From the NCBI RefSeq assembly GCF_964213995.1, contig NC_135823.1, positions 48,918,001 to 48,982,000 on the forward strand: a stretch of DNA of 64,000 bases, in the 5' to 3' direction. Both the position numbers and the translations under genes were made by a program. The notes beneath the pieces were generated by a model. It was given only the letters and a program-made list of their open reading frames with translations, was not told the origin of the DNA and did not search any database. Numbering within the stretch: position 1 is the stretch's first letter; each line of letters opens with the position of its first letter. This document shows positions 26,697-40,104 of this stretch, one piece after another. This stretch comes from Mustelus asterias. Its lineage: Eukaryota.

Positions 26697-27044
26697 TTAA
26701 TATACTCTCCAATGGACTCCATCCCATTGCTCTGTATAAATGCTCACTGATCACCAAAGGTATAAAACAAAACTACAGAAATTGCCCATGCCTCCAAAAT
26801 ATTCCTCACATCCCCAGAAGATTCCAAATCTCCACTAATCAACCTCGTGGCTAATTTGACAAGGAAGTATACATGAATAGGATGGGAATAGAAGGATATG
26901 GTCCCCGGAAGGGTAGGGGTTTTTAGTTCAGTCGGGCAGTATGGTCGGTGCAGGCTTGGAGGGCCGAAGGACCTGTTCCTGTGCTGTAATTTTCTTGTTC
27001 TTTGTCCTTCATATTCAATGAATGGCATGACACCTAGGACTTTC

Positions 27045-27755
27045 TGAGGAATAAAGGGACCTTGGTGTGTTTATCCATAGATCTCTGAAGGCGTGGTAGT
27101 AGGATGGTGAAAAAGGCATACAGGAAAATTGCCTTTTATCGATCGAGGCATAGATTACAAAAGCAGGGAGGTCATGTTGGTGTTGTATAAAACTTTAGTG
27201 AAGCCCATCTGGAGTACTGTGCAGTTCTGGTCGCCATATTATAGGAAGAATGTGATTGCACTGGAGGGGGTGCAGAGAAGATTCACCAGGACATTGCCTG
27301 GGATGGAACATTTAAGTTATGAAGAGAGGATGGACAGACTTGGGTTGTTTTCATTGGAGCAGAGCAGACTGAGGGGCGGCCTGATCGAGGTGTAAAAAAG
27401 ATTGTGAGGGGCATGGACAGAGTGTATAGGGAGCAGCTGTTCTCCCTAGTTGGAGGGTCAGTCATGAGGGGTCACAAGTTCGAGGTGAGGGGCAGGAGGT
27501 TTAGGGATAATGTGAGGCAAAAATCTTTTACCCAGAGGGTGGTGACAGTCTGGAATGCGCTGCCTGGAAGGGTGGTTGAGGTGGGCTGCCTCACATCCTT
27601 TACAAAGTACCTGGATGAGTACTTGGCATGTCATACATTCAAGGCTATGGGCCAAGTACTGATAAATGGGAATAGGTAGGTAGGTCAGGTGTTTCTCACA
27701 TGTTGGTGCAGACTTGATGGGCTGAAGAGACTCTTCTGCCCTGTGTAATTCTATG
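27045..27755 (+). mobile_element. CR1 LINE 3' fragment (a separate CR1 tail lies at ~26865-27003)
   Basis: Frameshifted ORF2 C-terminus and CR1 tail. Confidence 0.9.
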
Positions 27756-28808
27756 AACAGCTCCAGAAAAACTGATGACTCAAAAGCAGCCTTCAATGTT
27801 GGTCTGTGACATGTAGTTGCACTGAAAAACCTTGCTTATCACACCTCACCTACAGGTTTACCCAATATTCAACATTTTGCAAGGGAGTAGTTAGTGGTGG
27901 ATATAGACATTTCTGTCAGGGATGTTAGCAGCTAATGATGGGTTTCTTCACTAATTTCTGAGAAAGTGGGGTTTGTGAATGTTCTTGAAAATAAGATTTT
28001 CTCAGCATTCTCAATAACAGTAAAGTCTCAGCTGCCTGATTTTCCTCAAAAATGGATGAGGGGGATTCTGCTCCATTTCACCGTGCTAATGATGAGACCT
28101 CACTCCCATTGCATCCCAAAAATGTCAAACCATCCAAGGAAAGTTGGATCCAATACTAGCAGAGGTTGTTTAAAAATAATTTATATTAAAACAAATTCAA
28201 ATGGCGTACAATGATTGGATTTCAAAAAATGCAATGCTAATATGAACTGCAGACTCCACAGTACTGAAAAATGCACCAAACGAAATGTCAGAAATCAGCC
28301 TTGAGTTATTGTGGCCCAGACATCTGTTCAAAAAAAAGGGGCAATTCTCCAGGGTCACTAGCCCCTGGCAAGAGTCATGATGGCCCATTGAATTGGGAAT
28401 TAGGCAAAAAGTGTGATTCTCGCATCAAACCTGTTGCGAGTCCACCTGCCCACTGCACCAAGCCCAATCAGGTTCCCAACCAGAGTGGATGCAAACCTAA
28501 TGAATAATTATAATTGGTAATTTAAATGCGAGGCCCTCCTGTATTGCATCTGCCCCCACAGCAGGAGGTTCAGTGAACAGGATTTGGCGCAGGTCCTGAC
28601 AAGCATGGACCTGGCACCTTGGACTCTGAGGTTGGGGGGGGTGTCAAGAAGGTGGGTTTTGTGCCCATGTGCCAAGTGATACTGCTGCCAAGCTGCAGAG
28701 GAATGGTCCCTAAGGGACTTGGGGGTTGGATCGGCTCGGGCTTAGGGCAAGGGGTTGACCTCGGGACTCTCCCCGGGATGGGGGTCTCATGGCTGGATTG
28801 CCCCTTCT

Positions 28809-28910
28809 TATAGAACATTACAGCGCAGTACAGGCCCTTCGGCCCTCGATGTTGCGCCGACCAGTGGTACCAATCTAAAGCCCCTCTAATCTACACTATT
28901 CCAATATCAT
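28809..28910 (-). mobile_element. ~100-bp CR1 3' tail inserted in an older GC-rich repeat
   Basis: TAGAACATTACAGCGCAGTACAGGCCCTTCGGCCC is nearly identical to the tail of CR1 B; the host repeat is uninterrupted in the related copy at 47055-47330. Confidence 0.8.
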
Positions 28911-29663
28911 CCTGGGAAAAGTGGAAATCACTCTTGACATGGTGATCTCGGGCATGTTCTAATTTACAAGTCAAACAGCAGCCAGGAACTTTCACTTTCA
29001 CTCCTTTCTAACCACAATGTTTATAAACAGGCTTACTGTTTGATCTGAAGACCTTGGCTGACTGTTTTTCTCAAACAATCATGCTGGAATCACATGCTTG
29101 TGCTGGAGGTGACTTTCAGCCTGAGAAGAGGCTGTCACCACTTCCCTGCCACCCTGGTTGCGTCACTGTGGCAGTGACACCCTGACTGGGGGGGAGTGGC
29201 TGTCTCCGAATGTAGAGATTGGGGCACCCTTTAAAATGGCGCCCTGATCTCCGTGAAGCCGCCTGGCTGGCGTGTTTTACATCTTGCATATTTTTATATG
29301 TCAAAGGTGCTTGAATTCCTCCTGACATACACTGCTAGCACCAGCGTGAAACACTCCGGTTTTCCTGCAGGCAGGAACACTTGGAATAAAAATGGGAGAA
29401 TCACACTGAATGATTCTTACAACTTAAAGACACGTATTTCTGCTTGAAACCTTAAGTGGAGAAATGTTATGTGTAACTACAACTTAAGTTAAAATTTCAT
29501 GTTCCATTGTACTTTCAGTGTAGTCTTTTTTGAGTTGTCTGCCTTTTTGAAGCTTTATTTAAGTTGCAGGTTTTTTTGTATTTATGAATTTGTGAAAGTT
29601 CCAGACCACATTCTAATCTTTGCGCAGAGCCAGAGTCTTTCTCCTTCCCGGCAGTTGACTTAC

Positions 29664-29789
29664 CAGAGAAATCATCAGATGGAGTCTTCTCATTCAGCCG
29701 AAGAGTTTTATCAATATGATGTCGATCTCTGTAAAGTAGCTGTAGCTCAGGCTGCTCCTCCACCTCCGCCTCCACCTCATCTCCTTCAT
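29664..29789 (-). CDS. SRL: Sarcalumenin exon (126 bp)
   Basis: tctgcag|ATGAAG...TCTG|gtaagt; encodes ...LYRDRHHIDKTLRLNEKTPSDDFS, homologous to the SRL RDRSHIEKTL segment. Confidence 0.93.
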
Positions 29790-29889
29790 CTGCAGACAAA
29801 GAGAAAAGAAAACATCAGAAATGAACAGCTCTTCTCAATTTTAAATACTCTGAATCCCCATTCCAAAAGATTTGCTGGAACAACCTTCA

Positions 29890-30335
29890 CTCTCCATGTC
29901 AGCCTTGGATCAATAATAACATTCTCAACTCTTGTCCCACTTCAGAGACTTGAATGCAAAATCCAGGCTCACACTTCCAGCATTGTACTGAGGTACTGTC
30001 ACACTGTCAGAGGTGTCATCCTTCAAATAAGATATTAAACTGAGGCCCTGTCTACCCTGTCGGGTAGATGTAAAAGGTCCCATGTCACTAATTTGAAAAA
30101 GAGCAGGTGAATTCTTCCCAGTGTCTTGACCAATTTTAATCTTCAACCAACAATGTTAAAAACAGCTTATGAGGTCATTCATCTTATTGCTGTTTGTGGA
30201 AATTTGCTGTGAGCAAATTGACTTCTGCATTTTTCTGTATTACAACAGTGATTATACTTAAAAAATAATTCGGTGAAATGTTCTTGGACATCCTGAGGAT
30301 GTGAAGAACACCATAAAAATCCAAGTTCTTTCCTT
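29890..30335 (+). mobile_element. Deu-domain SINE (SacSINE1-like), near full length
   Basis: Core GTACTGAGG...CACTGTCAGAGGTG...TTAAACTGAGGCCCTGTC and tail ACAACAGTGA...GGACATCCTGAGG. Related copies at ~25210, 41925, 46700, 52370, 53020 and 62575. Confidence 0.7.
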
Positions 30336-30627
30336 CCTCTGTACAATGGAGGTAAAATTGTATTCTGGGTGCTGGTTATATCTAACTAGATATTATAATA
30401 CTGCAACATGGAATTTTTTCCCAACTTTCTTCCCTTCTGAAGACACTGATTCCTAGTAGGAGTCCTATTTCATAGGTATCAGCCATTACTGTATTGTGTT
30501 GACAGGCTGCTCCATAGTCCAAGTGTCCTTAAATTTAAAAAAAAAACAAAATCTGAAACTTTCCTTGATTTCAAAACTTTAAACAAACGCTTAAAGGATG
30601 TGAAGTCAATGAACCTGCTATTGGTTT

Positions 30628-30780
30628 GGCCAAAGCTGTGCAGGTTAAGTGAATTGGCCATGCTAAAAGTTCTCCCACAGTGTACCCGAACAGGCGCCGA
30701 AGTGTCTCAACTAGGGGATTTTCACAGTAACTTCATCAGTGTGAATGTAAGCCTACTTGTGACGAATAAATAAACTTTAA
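30628..30780 (+). mobile_element. V-SINE variant 3' part with a different tail (AATAAATAAACTT)
   Basis: Shares GGTTA..GGCCATGCTAAA with the HE1 copies, then a tail whose start is also seen at 61280-61306. Confidence 0.6.
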
Positions 30781-32840
30781 CGTTCCTTTAGCCTTCAGGT
30801 GGCTACAAAATCAATGTGCAGACCCAGTCCCCCATGGTCAGGGGACAGGTATTTGGCCTACTTCAGTATTTCTGATTCCCTTCATTGTGATGGGCCTGAG
30901 TCTATGTCTGATTCCCCACAGTGGTGGGCTGTGGAATACTTTCAACCACCGATTTATGGAACCAGCTCATCTCTGATGGTTCACTGTCCCTTAATTTTAT
31001 GTCATTCACATTTAGAATCTTTACAGCCATGGTGCAAAGTCATCTGTTCTTCTCAAGCATGTTACACTTACCATGTCATGTCTCGCCAAAGTATTATTTT
31101 CTGAAATAAACCTGTACAATTTGCCTTTGAATGTATCAGTATTGGCTTCCACCATCTCCCTTGGGAGCCTGTTCCATAGATTGCCTACCATAGATCGTGA
31201 AATATTTCCACAGATTCATTTTGAATTTATCTCCCTTCAAGCATAGGCCATTATCTCTGCTTCTATTGTTCTTACCGACTTCTTACTCTATTGTTCTGGA
31301 CATGGGCTACATTATCTCCAATCCCAAAAACAGCAATTATATCACTTCTCAATCTTCTGTCTCCAAATTACCTAATCTATCATTACCTCTATATACTGTT
31401 TACCCTCCTTTCCTTGCATGAAAGTAGATAAAGGAAGACAAGCAGAAGGCTGGATTAAAGTAGAAATACATTTCGTAGAATGACCTGTTCCCACATGGCC
31501 ACCACTCACAATAGCCTGGTTAAATGAAGAATTCAGGGACTGAAGACTATGTCCCATCATTCTGTGGGGCAAGGCCCTTGAAGCATTTCACCTCCTGTAA
31601 TCCTTGATCAAGAGTAAACACTGGTCTTTTGAGCACTTTGGCACCCTGCTTTAGACATGTACCAATGCACAAAGACTACTAAAATATACTATAGTTAGCA
31701 TACTCTCATAATGCACTGTTGCATTAAGAACACTGAACAAACCTTTGGGCTATTATGTCTTCTAATGTCTTAACTGGTGGATACTCAGACAAATAAGCAT
31801 CATTATCCAATGTAAAATGACTAATCCGTAATTAACTGCGAGTGAAAATCAGACAAAACAGTTCAGTTCAGTTATCTGTAATGCAGGACTAAGGGACATA
31901 GAGATATAGAACCTTATCCTTCTATTTCTGGACCTTCGATTGAATCTGTTTCCAAAAAGTGTGTTCCCACTTGCCTGTAAAAGTCTGATATGGAATCCAT
32001 TCTCCCAGTCTCACCACAGTTCCTAGAGGCATAAAACTAACTTGACACTATTTTGGCAATCTCCTCCTCCATGCAGCACAGATAATGTATATGAACATAG
32101 TATAGAAGGCTTTTTTGAAGATGCAATTAAGAAAGTTTATTTCAGCATAGTAAAGACAGATTTACTTGCATGCAGTGTAGAGAGAGATTTACTCTGTATC
32201 CCTGTCCTCGGAGTGTTTAATGGGGCAATATAGAGGGAACTTTACGCTATATTTAACCTGTGCTGTCTCTGTTCTGGAATGTTTTTGGACAATGTAAAGA
32301 GAGTCTTGTGTAAATTATGATAAATTATGTAAATTATCTTATGTAAATTTTGGGATTCACTTGATGCAGATGCTGGCTGCACATGTAATTTCTCTGAACA
32401 CAAAATTCAGTGGACAAACTCGTAATTGAATGAGCACAGCTAATTTCATTGATTCTTGGGATTACTTCTGTATGGCTCTAATCTTTTAAGTATTTTTTGA
32501 GAGTACAACATCACACTAATAGCACAGAGAGGCATCTCCCGAAGCAAATTTCTGTCCACAAGTATTAGGTAAAGGAGGTAAAACCACTCAGAAACTATGA
32601 AGTCATGCATCATGAGAAGTATATATGTGATGTTATCAATGAATCATGCTAGGCATTAATAATGAAATTAGTGGCATCACAAGCAGAAAGTCCACAAAAG
32701 TAGCTCCACTCCATTGGTCAGTCTCACTCATATTAACTGATGTGTTAAATAAAATTGAGGTGGGAAGCCAAAAGAAAAATTAAATCCCACAACTGAACAT
32801 GTCAGTGCCTTGTTAAGATGATGAGTCCTCATTGACTCAC

Positions 32841-33977
32841 CGTCTCTGTGCTGCTCCTTCATTTCTAGAGATAGGCTTGGGTTATCACTGGTGCTGATGG
32901 GCATACTTCCTTCAGAATCAGCAGATTCTTCCTTTCGTATGTTCTCAGATCCTGGGAAGGAAGCAGCTTTATCAGAAATGAAGCCTGGCTCAATAATCCC
33001 ATCCTCAGCAACTTCAGATTTTTGATCTGATACTTGCATTTTCTTTGCAAATGCTTCTTTATTATCTTCATCTTTCACAGATCCATTGTCACTTGTTGAA
33101 ATCCCTAGAGTTTCCTGACGATCCGAATCTTCAGGTTCCATCAGATTTTCCTCTGTTCCATTTTCATCTGATTTATTATCAGTACCCTCATCATTTTGCT
33201 CCTGCCCCTCAGGTTCACCTTTTCTCATACTAGCTTCTTGTTCAGAATCTGCTGCTTTGGTATTCTCTTCCTGACTATCCAATGGTTCCTCTTCCAGATC
33301 CTTTGTTTTGTCTTCTTGACTTGAAGTTTCTTCTTCTGTTTCCTCTGAAGAACCTTCCTTAAGATCCGACTCACCATCAGGATCATCTTGCTCAGGTGAG
33401 TGCTGATTTCTATTGTTGCTGTTTAGCTCAGTTTCTTTAGAATTTGCAGCATGTTCAGGAGCCCCATTTTGTGTTGGCTGTCTTAGTTCTGTTTCTTCAT
33501 CCTCGTGGGATTCATTAATGACATTTTCTGCAATTTCATTTGATTCACCTTCCACAGTTGGTTCAATTTCTGTGCTGTTGCGATCCAGTTCTTGAGAATC
33601 GCCAATGTCCTTATCAGTAAGAACACAAGCTGCGTCCTCCGTAGTGTCAGACACTAGATTTTCATTTCTTGCATCATTTACAGTCAACTCCTCAGTGTCA
33701 TTTTTGGAGTTGGCTTCATTGCTTTGACATTCTTGATCTTCTACACCTCCATTAACCACATTATCACGTACAGTAGCACATCTTGAACATGCTGCTGCAC
33801 AACTATCAATTAGTGACTGACCTTTTTCTTCTGTGGGACTGTGTGATCCCAAGCCTGAACTACCATCAGATGAATCTGCGTACAGTGGGGGACTGGCCTT
33901 CTCTGCTTGCTGCTTACCATTCATAAACTTCTCATCATTCACATCGATATCTGGGTCTGCAGCCAAGGCTCGGTTCC
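32841..33977 (-). CDS. SRL: Sarcalumenin acidic Ca2+-binding cassette exon (long isoform), 1137 bp
   Basis: Acceptor attcttgcag|GG and donor GACG|gtgagt, phase 1-1, length divisible by 3; very E/D/S-rich open frame; position matches the alternatively spliced acidic domain of the 160-kDa SRL isoform. Confidence 0.85.
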
Positions 33978-36092
33978 CTGCAAGAATGATAACATCTTCA
34001 CTGTTCAGTTTGGTGAAGTCTTGAGCCTGGCTCTAAATGATCAGAACATTATCAGTCAGTTTGAGGCCAGTTTCTCCCTTGATGTGTTTCTGGTCAATAT
34101 AATTCAGAGGGAAAATAAACATTCAAACCAATGCTGTTACAGGCCCAGAAATATATCAAGAGCAGGTGTTATTTCTAGGGAAGGGGACAGATCGAGCAAT
34201 GTAGGCCTGCATCACTCAATGGTGAATCATTGATTATGTGAGAACTCCATAAAGTAATGATAAATTTGTGCATCCTTTACTAATCTGGATTTGATTATGA
34301 TTTCCAGTAACAGAAGACTTGTCCTGAGTCAGAAATAGGGTAATTGAACTATGATTAGCCCCTCAAATGAAGCTATTTGTCATGAAATGCTGTAGATTGT
34401 AGTGAACTATAACACTAACATTGTCCTTGCTGGACAGTGAAAATGCAAATCAGGGACCTTCTGATACAAGTCTATACAAATATTGGAAAACAGTTGTGGG
34501 AGCTGCCTCTGGTTTATTTGGTAAATATTCTGCTCACTGCGTAAATGAGCCATACAGACCATTTCTCAGCGAGGAAAGCAGTAGGTGTACTGAAATTGGG
34601 CTAGGGAGAGGTAAAATCACCTAAGCTGTTGTTCCTAGCCATCGACCAGCTTCTGGCTTGCATTTAAAAAAAATGCTGAGAAAATGGCACTGAGAATTAC
34701 AGCAAAGCAACAGGCCAGATTAGTCAAAGCTTTTGCTTGATGATAAGCAATTAGTTGAGGAAAATGAATGCAGTGAAGATAACCCTGTGTGAATACCTCC
34801 ATGTTTTGCAATTACAATGGCCAGCACTGTGATGTTAAGGTGCATATATAAATACATACTATATATATAGTATCTCCTGTGGCATTCAACATAGGAAGTC
34901 AAAACCAAATATCGTCCATGTGTGATGGGAAAGTTCGAAGGTGAAAGCATGTAGGCAGAGCTCAGTTCCCATTTGTAACTCTTACATTGTTCATATAACA
35001 TTTCTTACCTTAACACACACCCGCTGTCAACTTTTTTCACCATAAATACTTTGGCCACTTTTGTAATGGAAATACCCTATGTAAACTGGTCATGCTGTAA
35101 TTATTATAAACATTTTCAACATGAGTACTTCATGGGCTGATTCCTTGAGTCATCGGGTCAGATTTCCATCGAGCCAGCAAGACTCTGTGGACATTTAAAA
35201 ATTGCAGACAGGACCTGGATGGTGAAGCCCCTCAGTGCCGAGTTCAATCATACCACATTTTGGCTGGTTCGAGGACCTTAACCTGCAGTGTGGGAGTCAC
35301 AAATCAATGGATGTAAACCTTCTTGGAGGATTGGTAAGGTCTGTATAATTGTCATGATTTGATTTTTTTTAAATGCCTTACTGCTGTCAGTGTCAACCCT
35401 ATGCTAGATTATTTTGATTGATTATCTCTGGTTAGAAAATAAAGTAGCATCTGGTGGTGCAGTTTCAATTGAGTGTCAACAATCATTAGGCCATAATGAA
35501 TGCTTGGCTGAGTTTCAAAAACTACAATTGTCTAAACAGGGATTCTGAGTGCACAGTTTTATTTTCAGTTTAAATAGACTGTTAGTTATTTTTAAAGTGA
35601 GGTCTGAATAGAAGTGTGTTTGCATTTGTAGGAGATCAACTACTTAAGGTAATTTAACAAATTGAATGGATTTTATAAATGGGGTTGTTTCACTATCAAG
35701 AGCGTAGCAGTGAGAGCTGTAATAGATTGTTACAAGTATATAATTTCATTTTTGCATGGCTCCTGTCATCTGCCCATGGTGGATACTGGGTGAATGGCTA
35801 TAGACGTTGCACAGAGGGTATGAGGGGCATTGGGGGTGTGTGGGCAGCTTGAGTTGACAGAGCTAATAGAGGCCAGGGGATTTGGTTATGCGAGGGGTGA
35901 AGGTTACTGAGCATAACAACACCTAACTGGGACAAAGTCCCAGAGAGCTGAGACAGGCCTTCGAACCAGTCTGACTTGACACTTGCCCCATGGTTGCCTA
36001 CACTCATACTTTTGGGGTAGGCAGGCTTGAATCAATCTCTCATCCTCTCCCCCACCCATCCAAGCAAAAATTGCACATTTTGGGGTACTCAG

Positions 36093-36454
36093 TGCAGCAC
36101 AGTGGCAGAGTGGTTAGCACTGTTGCCTCACAGTGCCATGAATTCGGGTTCAATTCCAGCCTTCGGTGACTATCTGTGTGGAGTTTGCACATCCTCCAAG
36201 TGTCTGCGTGGGTTTCCTCTGGGTGCTCCGGTTTCCTACCACAGTCCAAAGATGTGCAGGTTAGGTGGATTGGCCATGGTAAATTGTCCCTTAGTGTTCC
36301 AAGATATGTAGGTTAGATGGATTGGTCATGGTAAATGCGTGAGGTTACGAGGATAGGGCAGGGGAGAGGGCCTGAATAAGATACTCTGTCAGAGAGTCAG
36401 TGCAGACTTGATGGGCCAGATGGCCTCCTTCTGCACTCTAGGGATTCTGTGATT
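36093..36454 (+). mobile_element. HE1-type V-SINE, full length
   Basis: A and B boxes, V domain and CR1-like tail; aligns with 4624-4938. Confidence 0.88.
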
Positions 36455-37079
36455 TATTACCAGCGGATCTGGCAAGTCGGGAAAAAATCTGGCCCATGAA
36501 GCCAATTAGGGCACAGAAGGAGACCATTCATCAAGTGCATACCTATTCCCTGCAGGGCAATCCAGTCAGTCCCACTTCTCTGCTTAATCTTCATAGCCCT
36601 GCAAGTTGAAATTACTGATTGTTTCCACTTCCACTATCCTGGTGGGCAGAGATTTCAGGTCAATACCACTTACTGCATTAAAAAATTATTCCTCACATTT
36701 CCTCTGCATCCGCTGCCCAAAATCTTAAATCTGTGTCCCAAAACTAATCCCACTGCCCACACTCTCCCAAAATGCTGCATCTCCTTTTATTTCAATTATA
36801 TTTCTGATTTTTCCTTAAAAGATGTAATAGTCTTTGCCTGAACTATAATAAATATATGTAATTTTTAAGAGATCCAACAACAAGACAAGATTAGTATTGG
36901 AGCACATCAGGTCTCATCCACTGATCCATGGTGCAGGCATCATACCTTACTTAGTCTGTTGGGAAGAGGCCATCATAGCTGATTCAGGTGCCAATAACAG
37001 CTCTCTAGCCACTGCCAAACCTTTGTGGACAATCCCAGTTTTCTATCACCTATGCACACTCTTTTATGACTTATAACAG

Positions 37080-40000
37080 AGAAAGGTTATAGATGGTGCA
37101 AGAGGGAGGATGGACGCGGGATAGAGAAGGGGAGAGCTCAGACCAAAGGATTGAAATGTGTTTACTTTAATGCCAGGAGTATAGTGAATAAAGGGGATGA
37201 GCTCAGAGCGTGGATCGATGCCTGGAAGTGTGATGTGGTGGCCATTACGGAGACTTGGATGTCTCAGGGACAGGACTGGATACTACAGGTGCCGGGATTC
37301 AGATGTTTCAGGAAGGACAGGGAGGGAGGCAAGAGAGGGGGTGGAGTGGCACTGCTGATCAGGAATAGTGTCACAGCTGTAGAGAAGGTGTATGCTGTGG
37401 AGGGATTGTCTACAGAGTCTCTGTGGGTGGAAGTTCAGAGTGGGAAGGGGTTGATCACTTTGCTGGGAGTTTTCTATAGGCTGCCCAATAGTGACAGGGA
37501 GGTGGAGGAGCAGATAGGGAAACAGATCCTGGAGAGTTGCAATAATAGCAGAGTTGTTGTGATGGGAGACTTTAATTTCCCAAACATAGATTGGAATATC
37601 CCTAGGGTAAGGGGATTGGATGGGGAAGAGTTCATTAAGTGTGTTCAGGAGGGTTTCCTGACACAGCATGTGGACAAGCCTACAAGAGGAGAGGCTGTAC
37701 TTGTTCAGATACTGACCAATGAGCCTGGACAGGTGTCAGATCTCTCAGTGGGAGAGCATCTTGGGGATAGCGATCATAACTCTATCTCCTTTATGCTTGC
37801 ATTGGAAAAAGAGAGGATCAGGCAAGCTAGGAAAGCGTTTATATGGAGTAAGGGGAAATATGAAGACATAAGGCAGCAAATTAGAGGAGTAAATTGGAAG
37901 GAGGTATTCTCGGGGAAATCTACTGAAGAGAGGTGGCAGTTTTTCAAGGAATGTCTGTTTAGGGTTCTACAGGACAATGTTCCGAGCAGACAGGAAGGAG
38001 TTGGTAGGTTAAAGGAACCGTGGTGCACGAAAGCTGTGCAGGACCTAGTCGAGAAGAAAAGCAAAGCGTACAAAAGGTTCAGGGACAGGACTGGATACTA
38101 CAGGTGCCGGGATTCAGATGTTTCAGGAAGGACAGGGAGGGAGGCAAGAGAGGGGGTGGAGTGGCACTGCTGATCAGGAATAGTGTCACAGCTGTAGAGA
38201 GCTTGGCGAAGATAGGGATCTCGATGAGTATACGGCTTGTAGGAAGGGACTAAAGAAGGAAATTAGGAGAGCCAGAAGGGGTCACGAGAAGGCCTTGGCA
38301 AGTAGAATTAAGGAAAACCCTAAGGCGTTCTATAAATACGTGAAGGAACAGGGCCTATAAAAGGTGAAGACGGGAAAATCAGTACGGAACCAGTAGAAAT
38401 GGCAGAGGTGCTTAATGAGTATTTTGCCTCGGTTTTCACAGAGGAGAAGGACATGGGTGGATGTACTGTGGGCTTGCGGTGGACTGAAAAGATTGAGTAT
38501 GTGGACTTTAACAAAGAGGTTGTGCTGGAATCTTTGAATGGCATCAAGATAGATAAGTCGCCGGGTCCGGATGGGATGTACCCCAGGTTACTGTGGGAGA
38601 CGAGGGAAGAGATTGCAGAGCCTCTGGTGATGATCTTTGCGTCGTCGATGGAGACGGGAGAGGTGCCCGAGGATTGGAGGATTGCGGATGTGGTTCCTAT
38701 TTTCAAGAAGGGGAATAGGGATAGCCCAGGAAATTACCGACCGGTGAGTCTAACCTCAGTGGTTGGTAAGCTGATGGAGAAGATCCTGAGGGACAAGATT
38801 TATGAGCATTTAGAGAGGTTTAGTATGCTCAAGAATACTCAGCATGGCTTTGTCAAAAGCAGATCGTGCTTTACGAGCCTGGTGGAGTTCTTTGAAAATG
38901 TGACTAAACACATTGACGAAGGGAAAGCGGTAGATGTGGTTTATATGGATTTTAGCAAGGCGTTCGATAAGGTCCCCCATGCAAGGCTTCTCGAAAAAGT
39001 GAGAGGGCATGAGATCCAAGGGGCTGCTGCCCTGCGGATCCAAAACTGGCTTGCCCAAAGGAGGCAGAGAGTGTGTATAGATGGGTCTTTTTCTAATTGG
39101 AGGTCGGTCACCAGTGGTGTGCCCCAGGGATCTGTTCTGGGACCCTTGCTGTTTGTTATTTTCATAAATGACCTGGATGAGGAAGTGGAGGGATGGGTTG
39201 GTAAGTTTGCCGACGACATGAAGGTTGGTGGGGTTGTGGATAGTCTGGAGGGATGTCAGAAGTTACAGAGGGACATAGATAGGATGCAAGACTGGGCGGA
39301 GAAGTGGCAGATGGACTTCAACCCAGATAAATGCGTAGTGGTCCATTTTGGCAGGTCAAATGGGATGAAGGAGTACAATATAAAGGGAAAGACTCTTAGT
39401 ACGGTAGTGGATCAGAAGGACCTTGGGGTCCAGGTCCATAGGACTCTAAAATCGGCCCCGCAGGTGGAGGAGGTGGTTAAGGAGGTGTATGGTGTGCTGG
39501 CCTTTATCAATCGAGGGATTGAGTTTAGGAGTCCGGGGATAATGATGCAGCTATATAAGACCCTCGTCAGACCCCACTTGGAGTACTGTGCTCCGTTCTG
39601 GTCGCCTCATTACAGGAAGGATGTGGAAAAGATTGAAAGGGTGCAGAGGAGATTTACAAGGATGTTGCCTGGATTGAGTGGCATGCCTTATGAGGATAGG
39701 CTGAGGGAGCTCGGTCTTTTCTCCTTGGAGAGACGTAGGATGAGAGGAGACCTAATAGAGGTATATAAGATGTTGAGAGGCATAGATCGGGTGGACTCTC
39801 AGAGGCTTTTTCCCAGGGTGGAAATGGCTGCTACGAGAGGACACAGGTTTAAGGTGCTGGGGGGTAGGTACAGGGAAAATGTTAGGGGGAAGTTTTTCAC
39901 TCAAAGGGTGGTGGGCGAGTGGAATCGGCTGCCGTCAGTGGTGGTGGAGGCAAACTCAATAGGGTCTTTTAAGAGACTCCTGGATGAGTACATGGGACTT

Positions 40001-40104
40001 AATAGGATGGAGGGTTATAGGTAGGCCTAAAAGGTAGGGATATGTTCGGCACAACTTGTGGGGCCGAAGGACCTGTTTTGTGCTGTAGTTTTCTATGTTT
40101 CTAT
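37080..40104 (+). mobile_element. CR1 LINE with near-complete ORF2, disrupted by an internal templated insertion and a small deletion
   Basis: APE ORF 37151-38080 and RT ORF 38399-40024; tail ...TTCTATGTTTCTAT; closely related to CR1 A. Confidence 0.95.
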
